Assembly: GCF_041146345.1 (NCBI RefSeq)
Contig: NW_027191414.1
Location: forward strand, 124,001-188,000
Source: Neodothiora populina
Taxonomy: Eukaryota
Length of the DNA stretch: 64,000 bases
Direction of reading: 5' to 3'
The notes beneath the pieces are model-generated. The model saw nothing but the letters and a program-made list of their open reading frames with translations, was not told where the DNA came from and made no database searches. Of this stretch, positions 35,763-46,794 are shown one piece after another. Numbering within the stretch: the first letter of the stretch is position 1; each line of letters opens with the position of its first letter. A program made the translations under genes and the position numbers.

Positions 35763-36344
35763 ATGGCTTCGAGTCCATCCATTGCTGTCTCTCTATCATT
35801 ACGCCCACCATCATATAGCTTAAAGGATGCCCAAGTCCCCAACCTAGAAATATCAGTTACTCTCCACGCAGAACACGCCATCGTCATCTTGACATGGGGT
35901 ACGATCTTCAACGCCAAGCTCGCCCTCAAGCGACGAAACTTCGAACTACACGACACGGCATGCGAGCCTCCCCGTATGATCAGTCTGGAGACGAGCAAAG
36001 GTCCGAAACGATCTGGAGTCCAGAGACGTCGAGGACACCCTGACGAGCAATACTACCTGACGCTGCGACCAGGCCATGCAGTTGTGCTTACACATGCGTT
36101 TTCTGTCCTGAGACGGAGACATAGCGTGATGCATGGGAGATTGGAGGACATGGTGTTTCCGTTACCTGGCCATGAATATCGTCTGGGTATCGCTGCTGAT
36201 GAGGTTGTCGGTAAATGGTGGTGGGGCACGGTCGATGATGTTCTTAATGATGAGACTGGTCCGATTAAGGATCTGGACAGAGTGCGAGGCGAGCGGGCGA
36301 TTGGTATTCGTGCTGATCCTGTTGGGTTCACTGTGTATGAATGA
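35763..36344 (+). CDS. Hypothetical protein (~193 aa, probably beta-rich)
   Basis: Uninterrupted ORF from the first ATG, with globular composition (LEISVTLH, LTWGTIFN, YYLTLRPG, GHEYRLGI, KWWWGT); no family recognised. Confidence 0.7.
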   Translation: MASSPSIAVSLSLRPPSYSLKDAQVPNLEISVTLHAEHAIVILTWGTIFNAKLALKRRNFELHDTACEPPRMISLETSKGPKRSGVQRRRGHPDEQYYLTLRPGHAVVLTHAFSVLRRRHSVMHGRLEDMVFPLPGHEYRLGIAADEVVGKWWWGTVDDVLNDETGPIKDLDRVRGERAIGIRADPVGFTVYE

Positions 36345-37431
36345 ACGTATAGTAGTGTCGTCGCATGGACTTCGCTTTGCTTCCAATTCTGATTAGAGCA
36401 TGTAGTAGGCTGTTGAGTGGTATACAGCGTCATTGGAGGTGACCGAGTGTCCCGCAGTGTAACAAGAGCCAACAGACGAGCGTCATGCAGCCAAGGATGA
36501 GACGAAGCCGGAGCGTCTTTCGGATGTCGTTCCTTTGATCCTTTATATTGTGACATGAAGCCAGAGCGTCATGCGTCTTGTTTTCTCTGCTATGATCTGC
36601 AGCCAGAGCATAACATGAGCCAGGGTCAGAAGTTGAGACTCGAGTCCTTCCTCTGTCGAATGACATTTATATCGATTTTTCAGCGATCCTTGCCGGATAA
36701 ATTATCCAGCAGAAAACGAGCCCCTTCTTCGGTTGTTACTAAAGGATATCATCTCAACAATATCATGTATCAACTAGCGAACCAGCATTGTGAAAACAGA
36801 CCTTATTAGTAGCACAGCGTCAGGAACAAGAAGAACAAGAAGTGAATGTCAATGCGCAGAATATCAAGCAGTGGGTTGCATTGTGCTGAGGAGAATGCGG
36901 AGGATTTTCGTCACCCAGGTGGTCAAGTGTGTGGAGGAGAAGAATCCTTCGTGTTGAAGGCGTTGAAGATGGTCAGTGTACGGTCGGGTAGGTCTAGATG
37001 AATACCTTACCTCTAGCTAGAACAGCTGCAGTTATAGTCGTGGTCCACAATCTTTCTTATCATTGCCCTTCGTGAATAGAACACATATTGCAGAGAGAGA
37101 AAACCCAGAGCTCCTTCCCTTTCTGATTAGGAATAGCTAGCATCGCTACCTTGCCTACCGACTTTGGAGCGTGGAGGAAATCCCCTTGGAGAATGAAAAG
37201 AAAAATGAATAAAAGATCTGCAGATTTTGGGTCATCTATCATACCAACTAACCTTCATTGTACTTTCCCTCTACTTTACCCTTCCTCTTCTTTCTATCCT
37301 TCATCGTCTATTGATCTCCTGTTCCGAACACGAACTTGGATAGAGAAAAGGAAAAAAAAAACAAGACGTGTCTATTTCTTTTTGATTATGCTTTTGCATG
37401 CATGTAATACCATACGACAAGAAGAAAGAGC

Positions 37432-39129
37432 TTAAGCACCGTTCTGAGCGGGCTTGAGCTCGCCTCTTACACCTCCCTTGCCACCGACCTCGCGCACGAC
37501 GAGCGTGACGCCGAGCTCGGCAGAGACGTTGATCTGCACCTCGACCTTGCCGCCCTTCTTGACGCCCTTTACAGCGGCCTCGGCGAGCGGGCTGCCGGCC
37601 TTCCATATCCTCTCTCTGATCTCCTCGTCCTCGTCCTCGTCGTCCTCGCTGTCGTCATCCTCGTCGCTGTCCTCCTCGGTCTTCTCGGCCTTGGGCTTGG
37701 GCTCGGGCTTGGTCACCTTGATCTCGCGCTCGCCCTCGCAGAGCCTGACGAGCACATGACCCGCAGCGGCGATCTGGGCAGTCTTTCGCACGGGCACGGC
37801 GGTCTGGGCGGCGACAATGGGGGTGAAGACGTCGTCGCCGGAAGCGTTCTTGACAATGACGCCGATGGCCTTGGTGGTGTGGGGTGCATTGGTGATGGCG
37901 GCGTGGGTGGATTGCTCAATGTCCTCCTTCTCGAACTCGGCGACGAGCGAGGCCTGGATGGCGGCACCGCGGGCGGCGAGCTCGCTGGGGTTCAGAGATG
38001 TGCTGTTGGTGGCGGGGGCCATGACGGTGGTGCTCTCGGGGAAAGCAGACTCGAGGTTGCGGGCGATCTTGGGAGTGTGCGAAGTGCCGCCGGCAAGGAT
38101 AATCTCGTCAATGTCGAGCACGTCGAGGTCGGCCTTTTGCACGGCGGTCTGGATGAGCTGGGTGAATTGGGCAAAGACCTTGTTGGCGAGGAGCTCGTAG
38201 CGAGTGCGGTTCACAGACAGAGAGAAATCAATTCCGTCGGCGAGAGACTCAATGCCAAAGATGGCAGAGGCTCCGAGAGACAGCGACTTCTTGACAGCCT
38301 CGGCCTCGAGCTTCAGCTTGGCCAGAGAGCGGGCGTTGGCCTTGGGATCGGTCTTGTTCTTCTTCTGGAAGTCCTTGGCGGCGTAGTCGATCAGGACGTC
38401 GTCGAGGTTGGAACCGCCGAGCTCGTAGTCGTGGGCGGTGGCGAGGATGGTGTACATGCCGCCGCGCGAGGCGATGACGGCGACATCAGAGCGAGTGCCA
38501 CCGAGGTCGGCGACCACGACAATCTTGTCCTGGGGCGCCGAGTCGGTGGTGCGGGCGTCGTAGGCGAGCAGGGCAGCGACGGGCTCGTGGATGAACTGCA
38601 GAACCTGAAGCCCGGCGTCCGAGGCGGCCTTGTCGAGAGCGGCCTTCTGGGCGTCGGTGAAGTCGGTGGGCACGGTCATGACGGCGGCAGTGACGCTGTT
38701 TCCGAGGTAGTCGCCGGCAGACTTTGCGAGACGGCGCAGGTGACGGGTGACAATCTCGTCGCAAGCCACGGCATTGGCCTCGGGCGTCTCCTTGTCCTTG
38801 ATGGAGAAGACGACGGAGTCTGCCTCCTCAATGGGATGGGCCGAGGCGTGCGAGGGAGTAGGGTCTATCGACTTGAACGACTTGCCCAGGTAGTCTCTGA
38901 AGTAGGCGACGGTGTTGGTCGGGTTGCGCACGAGTTGAGCCTTGGCCTGGGTGCCCTGGAACTCCTCGCCCTCGACATAGGAAAGAACGGTGGGGATCTG
39001 GCGGTCTCCTTCCTCATTTGCAATGACGCTGGCCTTGCCTTCGCTCGACGTCCATGCGATGCTGCTGTATGAGTTTCCGAAAGAGATACCGATGGCCACC
39101 TTGGGCGAAGTTTCCGTCTCTTCGCTCAT
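37432..39129 (-). CDS. SSZ1: Ssz1, atypical Hsp70 of the ribosome-associated complex
   Basis: AIGISFGNSYSSIA, IANEEGDRQIPT, ADLGGTRSD, ATAHDYELGG; truncated C-terminus lacking the lid; strong GC3 bias. Confidence 0.95.
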   Translation of the reverse strand: MSEETETSPKVAIGISFGNSYSSIAWTSSEGKASVIANEEGDRQIPTVLSYVEGEEFQGTQAKAQLVRNPTNTVAYFRDYLGKSFKSIDPTPSHASAHPIEEADSVVFSIKDKETPEANAVACDEIVTRHLRRLAKSAGDYLGNSVTAAVMTVPTDFTDAQKAALDKAASDAGLQVLQFIHEPVAALLAYDARTTDSAPQDKIVVVADLGGTRSDVAVIASRGGMYTILATAHDYELGGSNLDDVLIDYAAKDFQKKNKTDPKANARSLAKLKLEAEAVKKSLSLGASAIFGIESLADGIDFSLSVNRTRYELLANKVFAQFTQLIQTAVQKADLDVLDIDEIILAGGTSHTPKIARNLESAFPESTTVMAPATNSTSLNPSELAARGAAIQASLVAEFEKEDIEQSTHAAITNAPHTTKAIGVIVKNASGDDVFTPIVAAQTAVPVRKTAQIAAAGHVLVRLCEGEREIKVTKPEPKPKAEKTEEDSDEDDDSEDDEDEDEEIRERIWKAGSPLAEAAVKGVKKGGKVEVQINVSAELGVTLVVREVGGKGGVRGELKPAQNGA

Positions 39130-39414
39130 TTTGTTTTGGGGGTTTTGTATGTTGTTGATGCAAGGATAGAGAATAAATGCGAGTGGGAAAGAAAAAGAAA
39201 ATCACAAGTCTGGTTGGTGCAAACGCTGTTCGTTCGATGGCTTCAGGAAAAAAGTCCAATCCATCTCGACTTTTCGGTTGATGTTCGGCGGTCATCCTTG
39301 GCGGGGAAAGGCGATCTTATCTCATCCCATCTCATCCCATCTCATCTTGATCCTCGATCTTCATACCATATCCTGGGTGATATAACTTATACGGCTCAAC
39401 TTCAAGCATGTAGC

Positions 39415-39533
39415 ACGTACGGCCACAGGCAGCTGAATACTGGGCATCCCGTCCGCTCTGCCATACATAAGCAGTTGACCGGCAGATTAGTACTACGGTG
39501 GGTGACCACGTGGGAATCCCTGCTGCCGTACGT
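39415..39533 (+). rRNA. Dispersed 5S rRNA gene
   Basis: ACGTACGGC..GCCGTACGT helix I, CATCCCGTCCGCTCTGCC, TTAGTACTACGGTGGGTGACCACG..GAATCC; TATA-like TATAACTTAT at 39381-39390; T-run after the 3' end. Confidence 0.96.
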
Positions 39534-39801
39534 TTTGATCTGGTTTTTTGCCTTTCTTTGTTGCACCTATATCTTTCGGCTATCCTGATACGCATCTCCT
39601 TGTCTATATTGTTCGTACCTACAGTTGTTCGAGTGGGTATATGCCTTGGTCTTTTACTGAACATACAAGAGAGGCTTTACATACAAGAGAAGAAGATGAA
39701 ATGGTTGGAATAGGAAAGAAAAGGTATATATCATGAGTAGCATCTTACCTACCAAGATACCCCCGAGCGGATGCAGCAGATGAATCAAATGGAAAAGTAC
39801 T

Positions 39802-41969
39802 CTATCCCTCGAAAATGCCATGGTTGAGCTCGATACCCATGTCGCCCGCCATGCTCTTCATCTGCTTCTCCAGATCCGCGTCCATGCCCTCGCCGACTCC
39901 CCAGAACTGCTTGATGCGTGACCACCACCAGAAGAAGTCGGTGCCGACAAGCACAACGCGGAATAGCAAATGACTGCCGTAGTTCCTCCATTTCTCCGTG
40001 ATGCCCAGGTTCTCGTGCTCCGTCAGTGCTCTGCTCGCCCACATCGAAGTGATCTTGATGCGGTTGACGGGAGATCCCAAGAATTGATTGTTTCCTTGCA
40101 CGATGCGCAGGTTGCGTCCGATGAAGATCAGCTCTTGGGGGAATTGGGCCTCGTCGCCCAGGATCTGCTTGATGCCTTTTCGCATCTGCATTTGCATCTC
40201 GTAGGCGCGCTCGCGTTTCTCCTTCTCTGTCAGCCCTTTGATGCCTCTGCTCGTGCTGCCGTCTCCACCCGTGTACGGTCTCATGAGCGTTGCTGATGCA
40301 AAGAGATCGGGCGAGCGGATGCCCCAGCCTGAAGATATCTTCTTGATCGTGGCGTTGTCGAAGGTCATAAGTGATTTCCAGAAAAGAGCGTAGTCGTGAC
40401 GAAACTCGGGAGACATGTGAATGTACAGGCCATGATCGATGAGAACCAGCTCGGGCTTGCCATTGGGTAGACGTCGAATAAAGATGTTGCCTGGATGGGG
40501 ATCGCAGTGGACAATTCCCCAGAGAAACATTTGAGCAGAAAAGAGAGAGACCATGGTTTCCATGACGCTCTTGAGGCTCAGCCCGAGTCCGCCGTCGCCA
40601 CGAGACCCCTTCCAAGAATCACGAGCGGGCTTGAGTTTTTCGTTGTCGGGGTCCTTGTGAGAGATGGACTCGAAAGTGGTTTCGTCAGGAGGTGGCAGAG
40701 GTCGACCACCTGCACCGGGACTGCCCTTCCGCCAACCACCTCTCCAGGGTCGAGTGATTCCATCCTTATCCCAGAGACGAACGCCTTCGATCCATTCTGC
40801 AGTCATGACACGTCTGGAAGATAGCTCAGGATAGACTTTTGGAATGTAGACCTTGCCATTCAGGCGAGGCTCGTTGAGGACGAGTCGTCGCATGTCGTCT
40901 GCATTTTTGGCTTCGTTCTGGAAGTCGGTCTCGAGCATGAGCCGCTCAGAAATATACGGCACAAGGCTGTAGAGAGGGATGTCGAACCAGTAGGTGTAGA
41001 TGCGTGTGACGACTCTTTGGGGTTTGTTAGTACGGCATACAGAGTGTAGAAACGAGCCAGGAAAGAAACATACTTGAAAGCCCACAGATCCCAGCCGACC
41101 TGTCTCTCAATCTCTCTCTTCTGGATCTTGATGGCTACTTCTCTGCCATCTGCCAACCTCGCCCAATGCACCTGAGCCACGCTGGCGCTGGCCCTGGCGC
41201 TTCTCTCCATGACTCCCTTGCCATGCTGCACAGGCAGGTCGTCGAAACTCACACCAAACACCTCCTCGACCTCCTTTCCGAAATCCTCGCGCACGACTCT
41301 TTGCACATCCCTCCAAGAGTTCTGCGGCGCGTCGTCGAACATGCTCGCGAACATCTTCTGGAATTCCGGCGGCAGGATGGCGCTCTGCATGGCGATTGCC
41401 TGGCCGATCTTGAGATACAGGCCGCCGTTCTCACGCAACAGATGAAACAAACGCTCGGCATTTCTGTGATGCACCTCTGCCAGACTCTTTGCGAAGGGCG
41501 GGTTGGGCCTGAAGTTAATCTTGTAGTCAAGCGCGGCGATGAGGCCGACGGTGAATGTACGGGTGCAGCGAGTAAGGACAGCGTCAAAGGCATACTGATC
41601 TACGACATGCACTGCGCCTACCAACAATGCAAGCTGTATCAAGCGACGCAATACTTTGCGCGTTCGACGGTATTCTTTTGCTGGCCGCGGTTTGCCCAGA
41701 GACTCGGGCGAGGGAGGCGTCAGTGGTTGGAAGCCTTGAACTCTGCGGCTAGAATGCGACAAGAAACGCTTAGAAGGAAGAGACAAAAGAGACAACGGCG
41801 ACGAGGGACTACTGCCGTCATAACGGCCGGTCCTGCTGAGATGCGCTCTGGGATTGATCGCACTCGTACTCAGTGTGTGCTGATGGCTTCCTCGTTGCAG
41901 CACTAACCGTCGGCGCATCAAACCGTGATATGCATCTGATGGGCGGCATAATCGCCATGGAGTGAGCAT
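39802..41969 (-). CDS. ABC1/UbiB atypical kinase (ADCK1/Mcp2-like, probably mitochondrial); exons 41969-41074, 41014-39802
   Basis: NGGLYLKIGQ, ASASVAQVHWA, VAIKIQ, ETDFQNEAKN, VHCDPHPGNI, LIDHGLY; Arg/Ser-rich presequence-like N-terminus. Confidence 0.93.
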
Positions 41970-42972
41970 CGCTCGTGCTCGACCCTAGCAGAATTCAACA
42001 AGAGGAAAATCGCGCGAGGTGTGCGACAGGTAGGTAATATTCATATTAGAAATAGAAATGCAAATGCATGTGATGGTGGAAATCTACCTTGACTTTACCA
42101 GAACTATCATGACGTCGACACTAGACCCGATGCGAGTCATGGATCAAGGTACCTGGACAGAGTCTCCGCATCTAATCTAATCTACGACAATTTCTAGACT
42201 AACATAACACCACCCAGAAGACGAGGACCGCGTGAGAAGAGAAGAAAATTAATGATTATTCGTGATTATAATAATGAAAAGTATAGGAAAGACGAATGCT
42301 CGTCATCATCACCAATCCTCCCGATAAGACTTTTACCCTTTGCTCATTTTCATAGAACATTTCCCTCTCTCTCATCCCTCAGCGCGCATTGCGCTTCCGG
42401 CCAAGGAAAAGCAAGCCGCAGGACCGTCGTCCTTGGATGTCCGTGTCAGCTCGACCTACCACTTCTTCCTCGACCTCTGATCTAGTTCCCGAAGACTGTG
42501 TCTGAAACAGAGCTTCGTCATCCCATGCTTGGCCGCTCGTCCTGCGCGGTCTTCGTTCTCTTCTGTCTGTGGACAAGCCACTCGCCTCGATAGCATTCCC
42601 GCGCTCGCGTCTCAGGACGACAATGTTGGCCTCCTCGATGATGACTCCGGACTCGGATGAAGCAGTTGGTCTCGTCTTTTTGTCGAGACTGTTATAGCCC
42701 TGGCCACCACCTATGTATCCCTGCAAGCTATCACTGGTGATATGCGATTGCCTGGCACCTTCGAGTAGCCGCGGCAGATGGTGCACAATCTCGACTCGTC
42801 CATGGTCCTGGTGATCAGACTGAGCCCCTTGGTTTGCTTCTCCATGACGCTCTAAGATATCATGTAGATGATGGTGGTACATGGTATGCGCTTTCTCCTC
42901 GCCATCTCCAAGTCGTGCAAGTTGGACATGTCGTTCAGCCATCATCTTGTGCTCAACATCCTCGGGAGAAAC

Positions 42973-45825
42973 CTATTCCGCCGTCGTCCTGCTTCGTTCG
43001 TCCTCTTCCAAGACGTCGGACAAACGAGTGGGATGGTGATGTCTGCTACTGACCCAACCCTCATATCCACCACCTTCGTAATCGGCTGGCTCGGCAAAAG
43101 TGCCTGCCTGAGCAGACGCCATGGCTTGCGCACTCGTTGGCGGTAGGGAAGGCTCGTCTGCGAGCTGCTGGGGCGGCGAGGGGGCACGCAGACCATACTG
43201 GGCAGCCAACTCTCGCTCTCTTGCAATATCTGCGGGATCCGCAGCAGTCGAGGGATCGTCGCTTATCTCGCTCCTGGCGCTTGTCGAAGAGCTCAATCCT
43301 GCTGCCCTGTGACCTCTACTTACCGTCACCGTGGGTGGGAGACCAGACTGCTGTGGCGCGATAGGGACTTGTCTCTGTGACGAGTCCCGAACGATCGGCT
43401 TGCCATGATCATCGAGTCGAACGCTGCCGTATGGATCCAGCTCGTATTCCGTGTCATTACTGGCGTGACTCGAAACAAACGAAGGCTGGTCTCTCAACTC
43501 GTGTTGCTGCGGGCCCTGCGATACGAACGTCGGCTGTTGCGTAGGGTGAGCTGTGGATGTCGATGAATGCGGCGAATGAAGAAAGGTTTGAGCCGGCTGA
43601 TGACGATAGAACGATTCTGGTGAGTCTTCGGCGCCACCTGTTTGCGGGGCAGTAAGAGTTCTGCCAGGCTGGACAGGCGTATCTTGTGGGGTTGACGAGA
43701 CAGCAATATTCGCCGGCCTCGTGTTCGGCGACACTTCATGTTGTCGTTGTTGTGGAGAAATTACAGTTGGTGCTGTTGACCCTGAAGTAGCAGGTGTGTT
43801 GCCTAGCGGATATGGTTGATAGGTACCGGCCGCAAGTGAAGACCCGCCCTGTTCGGCATGGGATGCTTGTTGTCGTGTCCGACTTGCCTCTGTGAACGGA
43901 TCTGTGTCAGTAGGCGACGGCGGCTCGTCTTGATAGTTGTGCCCGAGCGAAGCCTCTCTTTGACTTTGATGTGCTTGTGCATATTCCTCGCTCGTCGTCG
44001 GTCGTCGTTCGCTGTCTCCACGGCTGACTCCGGCGCTGAATTGGGTGGGCACCACCTGGACGCCGCCGATTGTGGTAGGTGCGCCTTCCCTAAGGCGAGT
44101 CGTTAACTCCCGTTCCTCGTGCTCCTTTCTACCGAGCTCCTCCCACGCGCGTCTGGCTTCGTCCTTGCTGATGAGTAGTTCCCTTCTGATCTCACTGACC
44201 ATCTTGTCGGCGTTCCTCTTGTCTTGTTCAGCCTGGTTGGCACGAGCATAGGCGTCAGCCCTTGCAGCACGCTCGTTTTGGAGAGCATTCTCGAGTTTGG
44301 CACGGTCTTCTTGAGCATGCTCTTGTTCACTGCGTGTCTCGAAGAACCACCGTTGAAATTTACGCTCCGAACTGGCTCTGAGTCGCTGCAGCTCGACGAC
44401 AGCATGGAAAAGATTCGCGCCTGCCGCTGAGAGATCGTTTATCTGCCTTGAAAGGGCAGTAGCAGAGGGCACGTTCCTGCCAATCTCTTCTGTATTCATT
44501 TCGAGCTTGTGCAGCCAGTATGAAGTGAGTCCTTCCCAATGCGAAGACAATTGTTCCCACCTCTCAAAGGCATGAGGGAATGATGAAGCGGTGCCTTTGG
44601 TTTCTTGCGATTCCGGCTCTTGGACCGGTGGTGCTGAAGCTGCGGGCGCCGATGATTGCCGCAAGCCTGGTTGTGCAGGTTGTGCAGGTTGTGTACCCCG
44701 ACGAGCTGAGGATGGGGCAGCCTGGCTAGGTGTGGCGGCCGCTCTTCCCACTCCTGTCGCCGTAGGTTCTTGTGTTGTCATGCCTGCTCTGTACCGTGAA
44801 GTTGGCATATTTGTATCTTCTCCTCGCCCGAAGCCTGGTGCTTGCATACGGCCAGCCGACGTGGTCGGCCGTTCACTCGGGCTCGGCCCCCCTGCCTCGG
44901 CATAGCGCTCTTTCTCACCACCGCGGATGTCAGGCTTTTGTTCAACGACGCCGGGAATGGCAGAAGTTGTCAGACTCCTTCGATGACCCGCATACCCTCC
45001 ACTCTCTCTCTGTGTATCCGCAACGCCAGCAGCAGTCCTCTTGTCCGCGGCCCGTCTCTTGAACTCTTCTTCCTCGGCTGCTCTGACGGCTTGCTCCGCC
45101 TGTGCTCTCTCCGCCTCGGCGCGACGTCTGGCTTCTCGTGCATTCCGCTCGTTCATTATGTCCCGTGGGGTGCGGAGTCCTGAGCTGGACGCTTTCGAGA
45201 CAGGAACATCGCTACCACCACCCATTGGACGAGAGGAAGCTGGAGCGCCATGTCCATTGTGGGGGCCTCCTCGGACCAGATCTGACATCTGCGCTTCCTC
45301 CTCCACCAGGTCTGGGGAGAACGGGTACGGTGTCCGTATCGCTTCCTCGAGCGCGTATAGAATCGCAGAGTGGGTGCGTCGCGAGATTCTGAGAGCGGGA
45401 TGAGGAGTGTACCCTTGTGGATGCACCGAAGTTGCCCTTCGCGGTGGGCTCGAAGAGGAAACACCGATGGCACTGGCTTGTCGGTCACGAGAGCCCGAGT
45501 CGAGTGAGCGCGACCGCTGGCGACGTGGAGGTATCGACGGCGGCGAGGCACGGTCGTCGGGGTAGTCTCGCTGGTCAAACCGAGGAGTGCGACGTAGGAT
45601 GTGGGAGTTGGCTAGACTGCCCGAGGAGCTAGAGGCGGGCGATAGGTAGAGGTTTTCTTTGTGGGATCGAAGATAGGCTTGCGCCTGCTGCTGGCGTTGC
45701 TGAAGTGATGTCGTGTACTTGTCGTCAATGTCGTGTTTCTCGTCAATGGTGTCGTATTTATCGTCAATTGGTTTGCGACGCGCACGCGACAACCTGTCAG
45801 ACGGTGGTGGATTGCGCCTCGACAG
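42973..45825 (-). CDS. Large, mostly disordered protein with central coiled coil; start uncertain (CUG 45825 or first AUG 45288)
   Basis: Stop-free frame from ~45834 to 42973; structured islands SAILYALEEAIR, SSFPHAFERWEQLSSHWEGLTSYW, LQRLRASSERKFQRWF and C-terminal RHHHPTRLSDVLEEDE. Confidence 0.85.
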   Translation of the reverse strand: MSRRNPPPSDRLSRARRKPIDDKYDTIDEKHDIDDKYTTSLQQRQQQAQAYLRSHKENLYLSPASSSSGSLANSHILRRTPRFDQRDYPDDRASPPSIPPRRQRSRSLDSGSRDRQASAIGVSSSSPPRRATSVHPQGYTPHPALRISRRTHSAILYALEEAIRTPYPFSPDLVEEEAQMSDLVRGGPHNGHGAPASSRPMGGGSDVPVSKASSSGLRTPRDIMNERNAREARRRAEAERAQAEQAVRAAEEEEFKRRAADKRTAAGVADTQRESGGYAGHRRSLTTSAIPGVVEQKPDIRGGEKERYAEAGGPSPSERPTTSAGRMQAPGFGRGEDTNMPTSRYRAGMTTQEPTATGVGRAAATPSQAAPSSARRGTQPAQPAQPGLRQSSAPAASAPPVQEPESQETKGTASSFPHAFERWEQLSSHWEGLTSYWLHKLEMNTEEIGRNVPSATALSRQINDLSAAGANLFHAVVELQRLRASSERKFQRWFFETRSEQEHAQEDRAKLENALQNERAARADAYARANQAEQDKRNADKMVSEIRRELLISKDEARRAWEELGRKEHEERELTTRLREGAPTTIGGVQVVPTQFSAGVSRGDSERRPTTSEEYAQAHQSQREASLGHNYQDEPPSPTDTDPFTEASRTRQQASHAEQGGSSLAAGTYQPYPLGNTPATSGSTAPTVISPQQRQHEVSPNTRPANIAVSSTPQDTPVQPGRTLTAPQTGGAEDSPESFYRHQPAQTFLHSPHSSTSTAHPTQQPTFVSQGPQQHELRDQPSFVSSHASNDTEYELDPYGSVRLDDHGKPIVRDSSQRQVPIAPQQSGLPPTVTVSRGHRAAGLSSSTSARSEISDDPSTAADPADIARERELAAQYGLRAPSPPQQLADEPSLPPTSAQAMASAQAGTFAEPADYEGGGYEGWVSSRHHHPTRLSDVLEEDERSRTTAE

Positions 45826-46762
45826 TTTGCCTGTTTAAACGTCGTTTCAACGGAGATGCAGAAGCGACGAATGATGCCGGAGAATACTCCACGTCTTTTT
45901 GAAGAAACAATCTGCTTCGCAGGCAATGGATGGCACCGGAAATGCAATTCCTGACCCGCAATTTCTATTCTCGTTTCTTGTCAGTGGGAGCATGTATGCA
46001 AGATTGGGTGACGATAATTAAAGCGGGGCTCAACCGCGGTATAGGCGACGACGAGGTGTAACAATATTCCAAAAGCGTTACCAGAGCCAAACCCATTCTG
46101 ATCTGCCATGAACCAGGACCACAAAGCAACAAAGTGACAATGGGGAATCGACGAGGTTTTCATCGTGGTGGCTGGTCTGCTTCGTCCTCTTCGCCAACTC
46201 TGAAACCGCGGGCTGGGGAGAGGCTGGACGAAATCAAGGACCATGCGCCAAAATAAAATAAAAAATGACAAACGCACCTCCCGTACCTTATTATGTCGAC
46301 TGCTATTAATGCCGAGTGATTGTAAAAGATGCCCAGTAGGACGATGCTTTTCTCTGATCCTGTGCAGCGGCTAATGCAGCAATTGCGTCGCTGAGGTCAA
46401 TCTGCGGCGTGCAATTGGATCAAATGAAATGCGCAAAGTGGTTGATTATTGTCGAGAAATCCGGCTTCGAGTGTTCGCCTTCTCTCGCTGTGGCCTTCAC
46501 CCACCTCCGACTGCCGCCTCTCTCACCACGATGATGGAAGGTGCAACTCGAGCGATTGACAGCTGTCTGCAAGTTGGCAGTTCGAGTGCTACCCAATTGG
46601 TGGTGACACCGTGTCGCGCCAATGTCAGCTCCACCGAGGATCAAATACAAGAGAGACAATTGGTTGGGTGCTCGTCTCATGGTAACAACTACCGGAGATC
46701 CAAGTGACCGGGTCGGTGGATTCTGTCACACACACACGCGGTACGCTTCACTGCTGTTTGTC

Positions 46763-46764
<2 letters not shown>

Positions 46765-46794
<30 letters not shown>
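46765..46794. repeat. (GAC)10 microsatellite
   Basis: Ten perfect GAC units, intergenic. Confidence 0.92.

Noticed and set aside
37756..39072. 438-aa ORF antisense to SSZ1
   Set aside because: Expected shadow of extreme GC3 codon bias; long antisense ORFs are a known Hsp70 artefact.
41166..41906. 246-aa antisense ORF in ABC1 kinase (similarly 48634-49371 in OPT)
   Set aside because: Antisense shadows of real genes with no motifs of their own.
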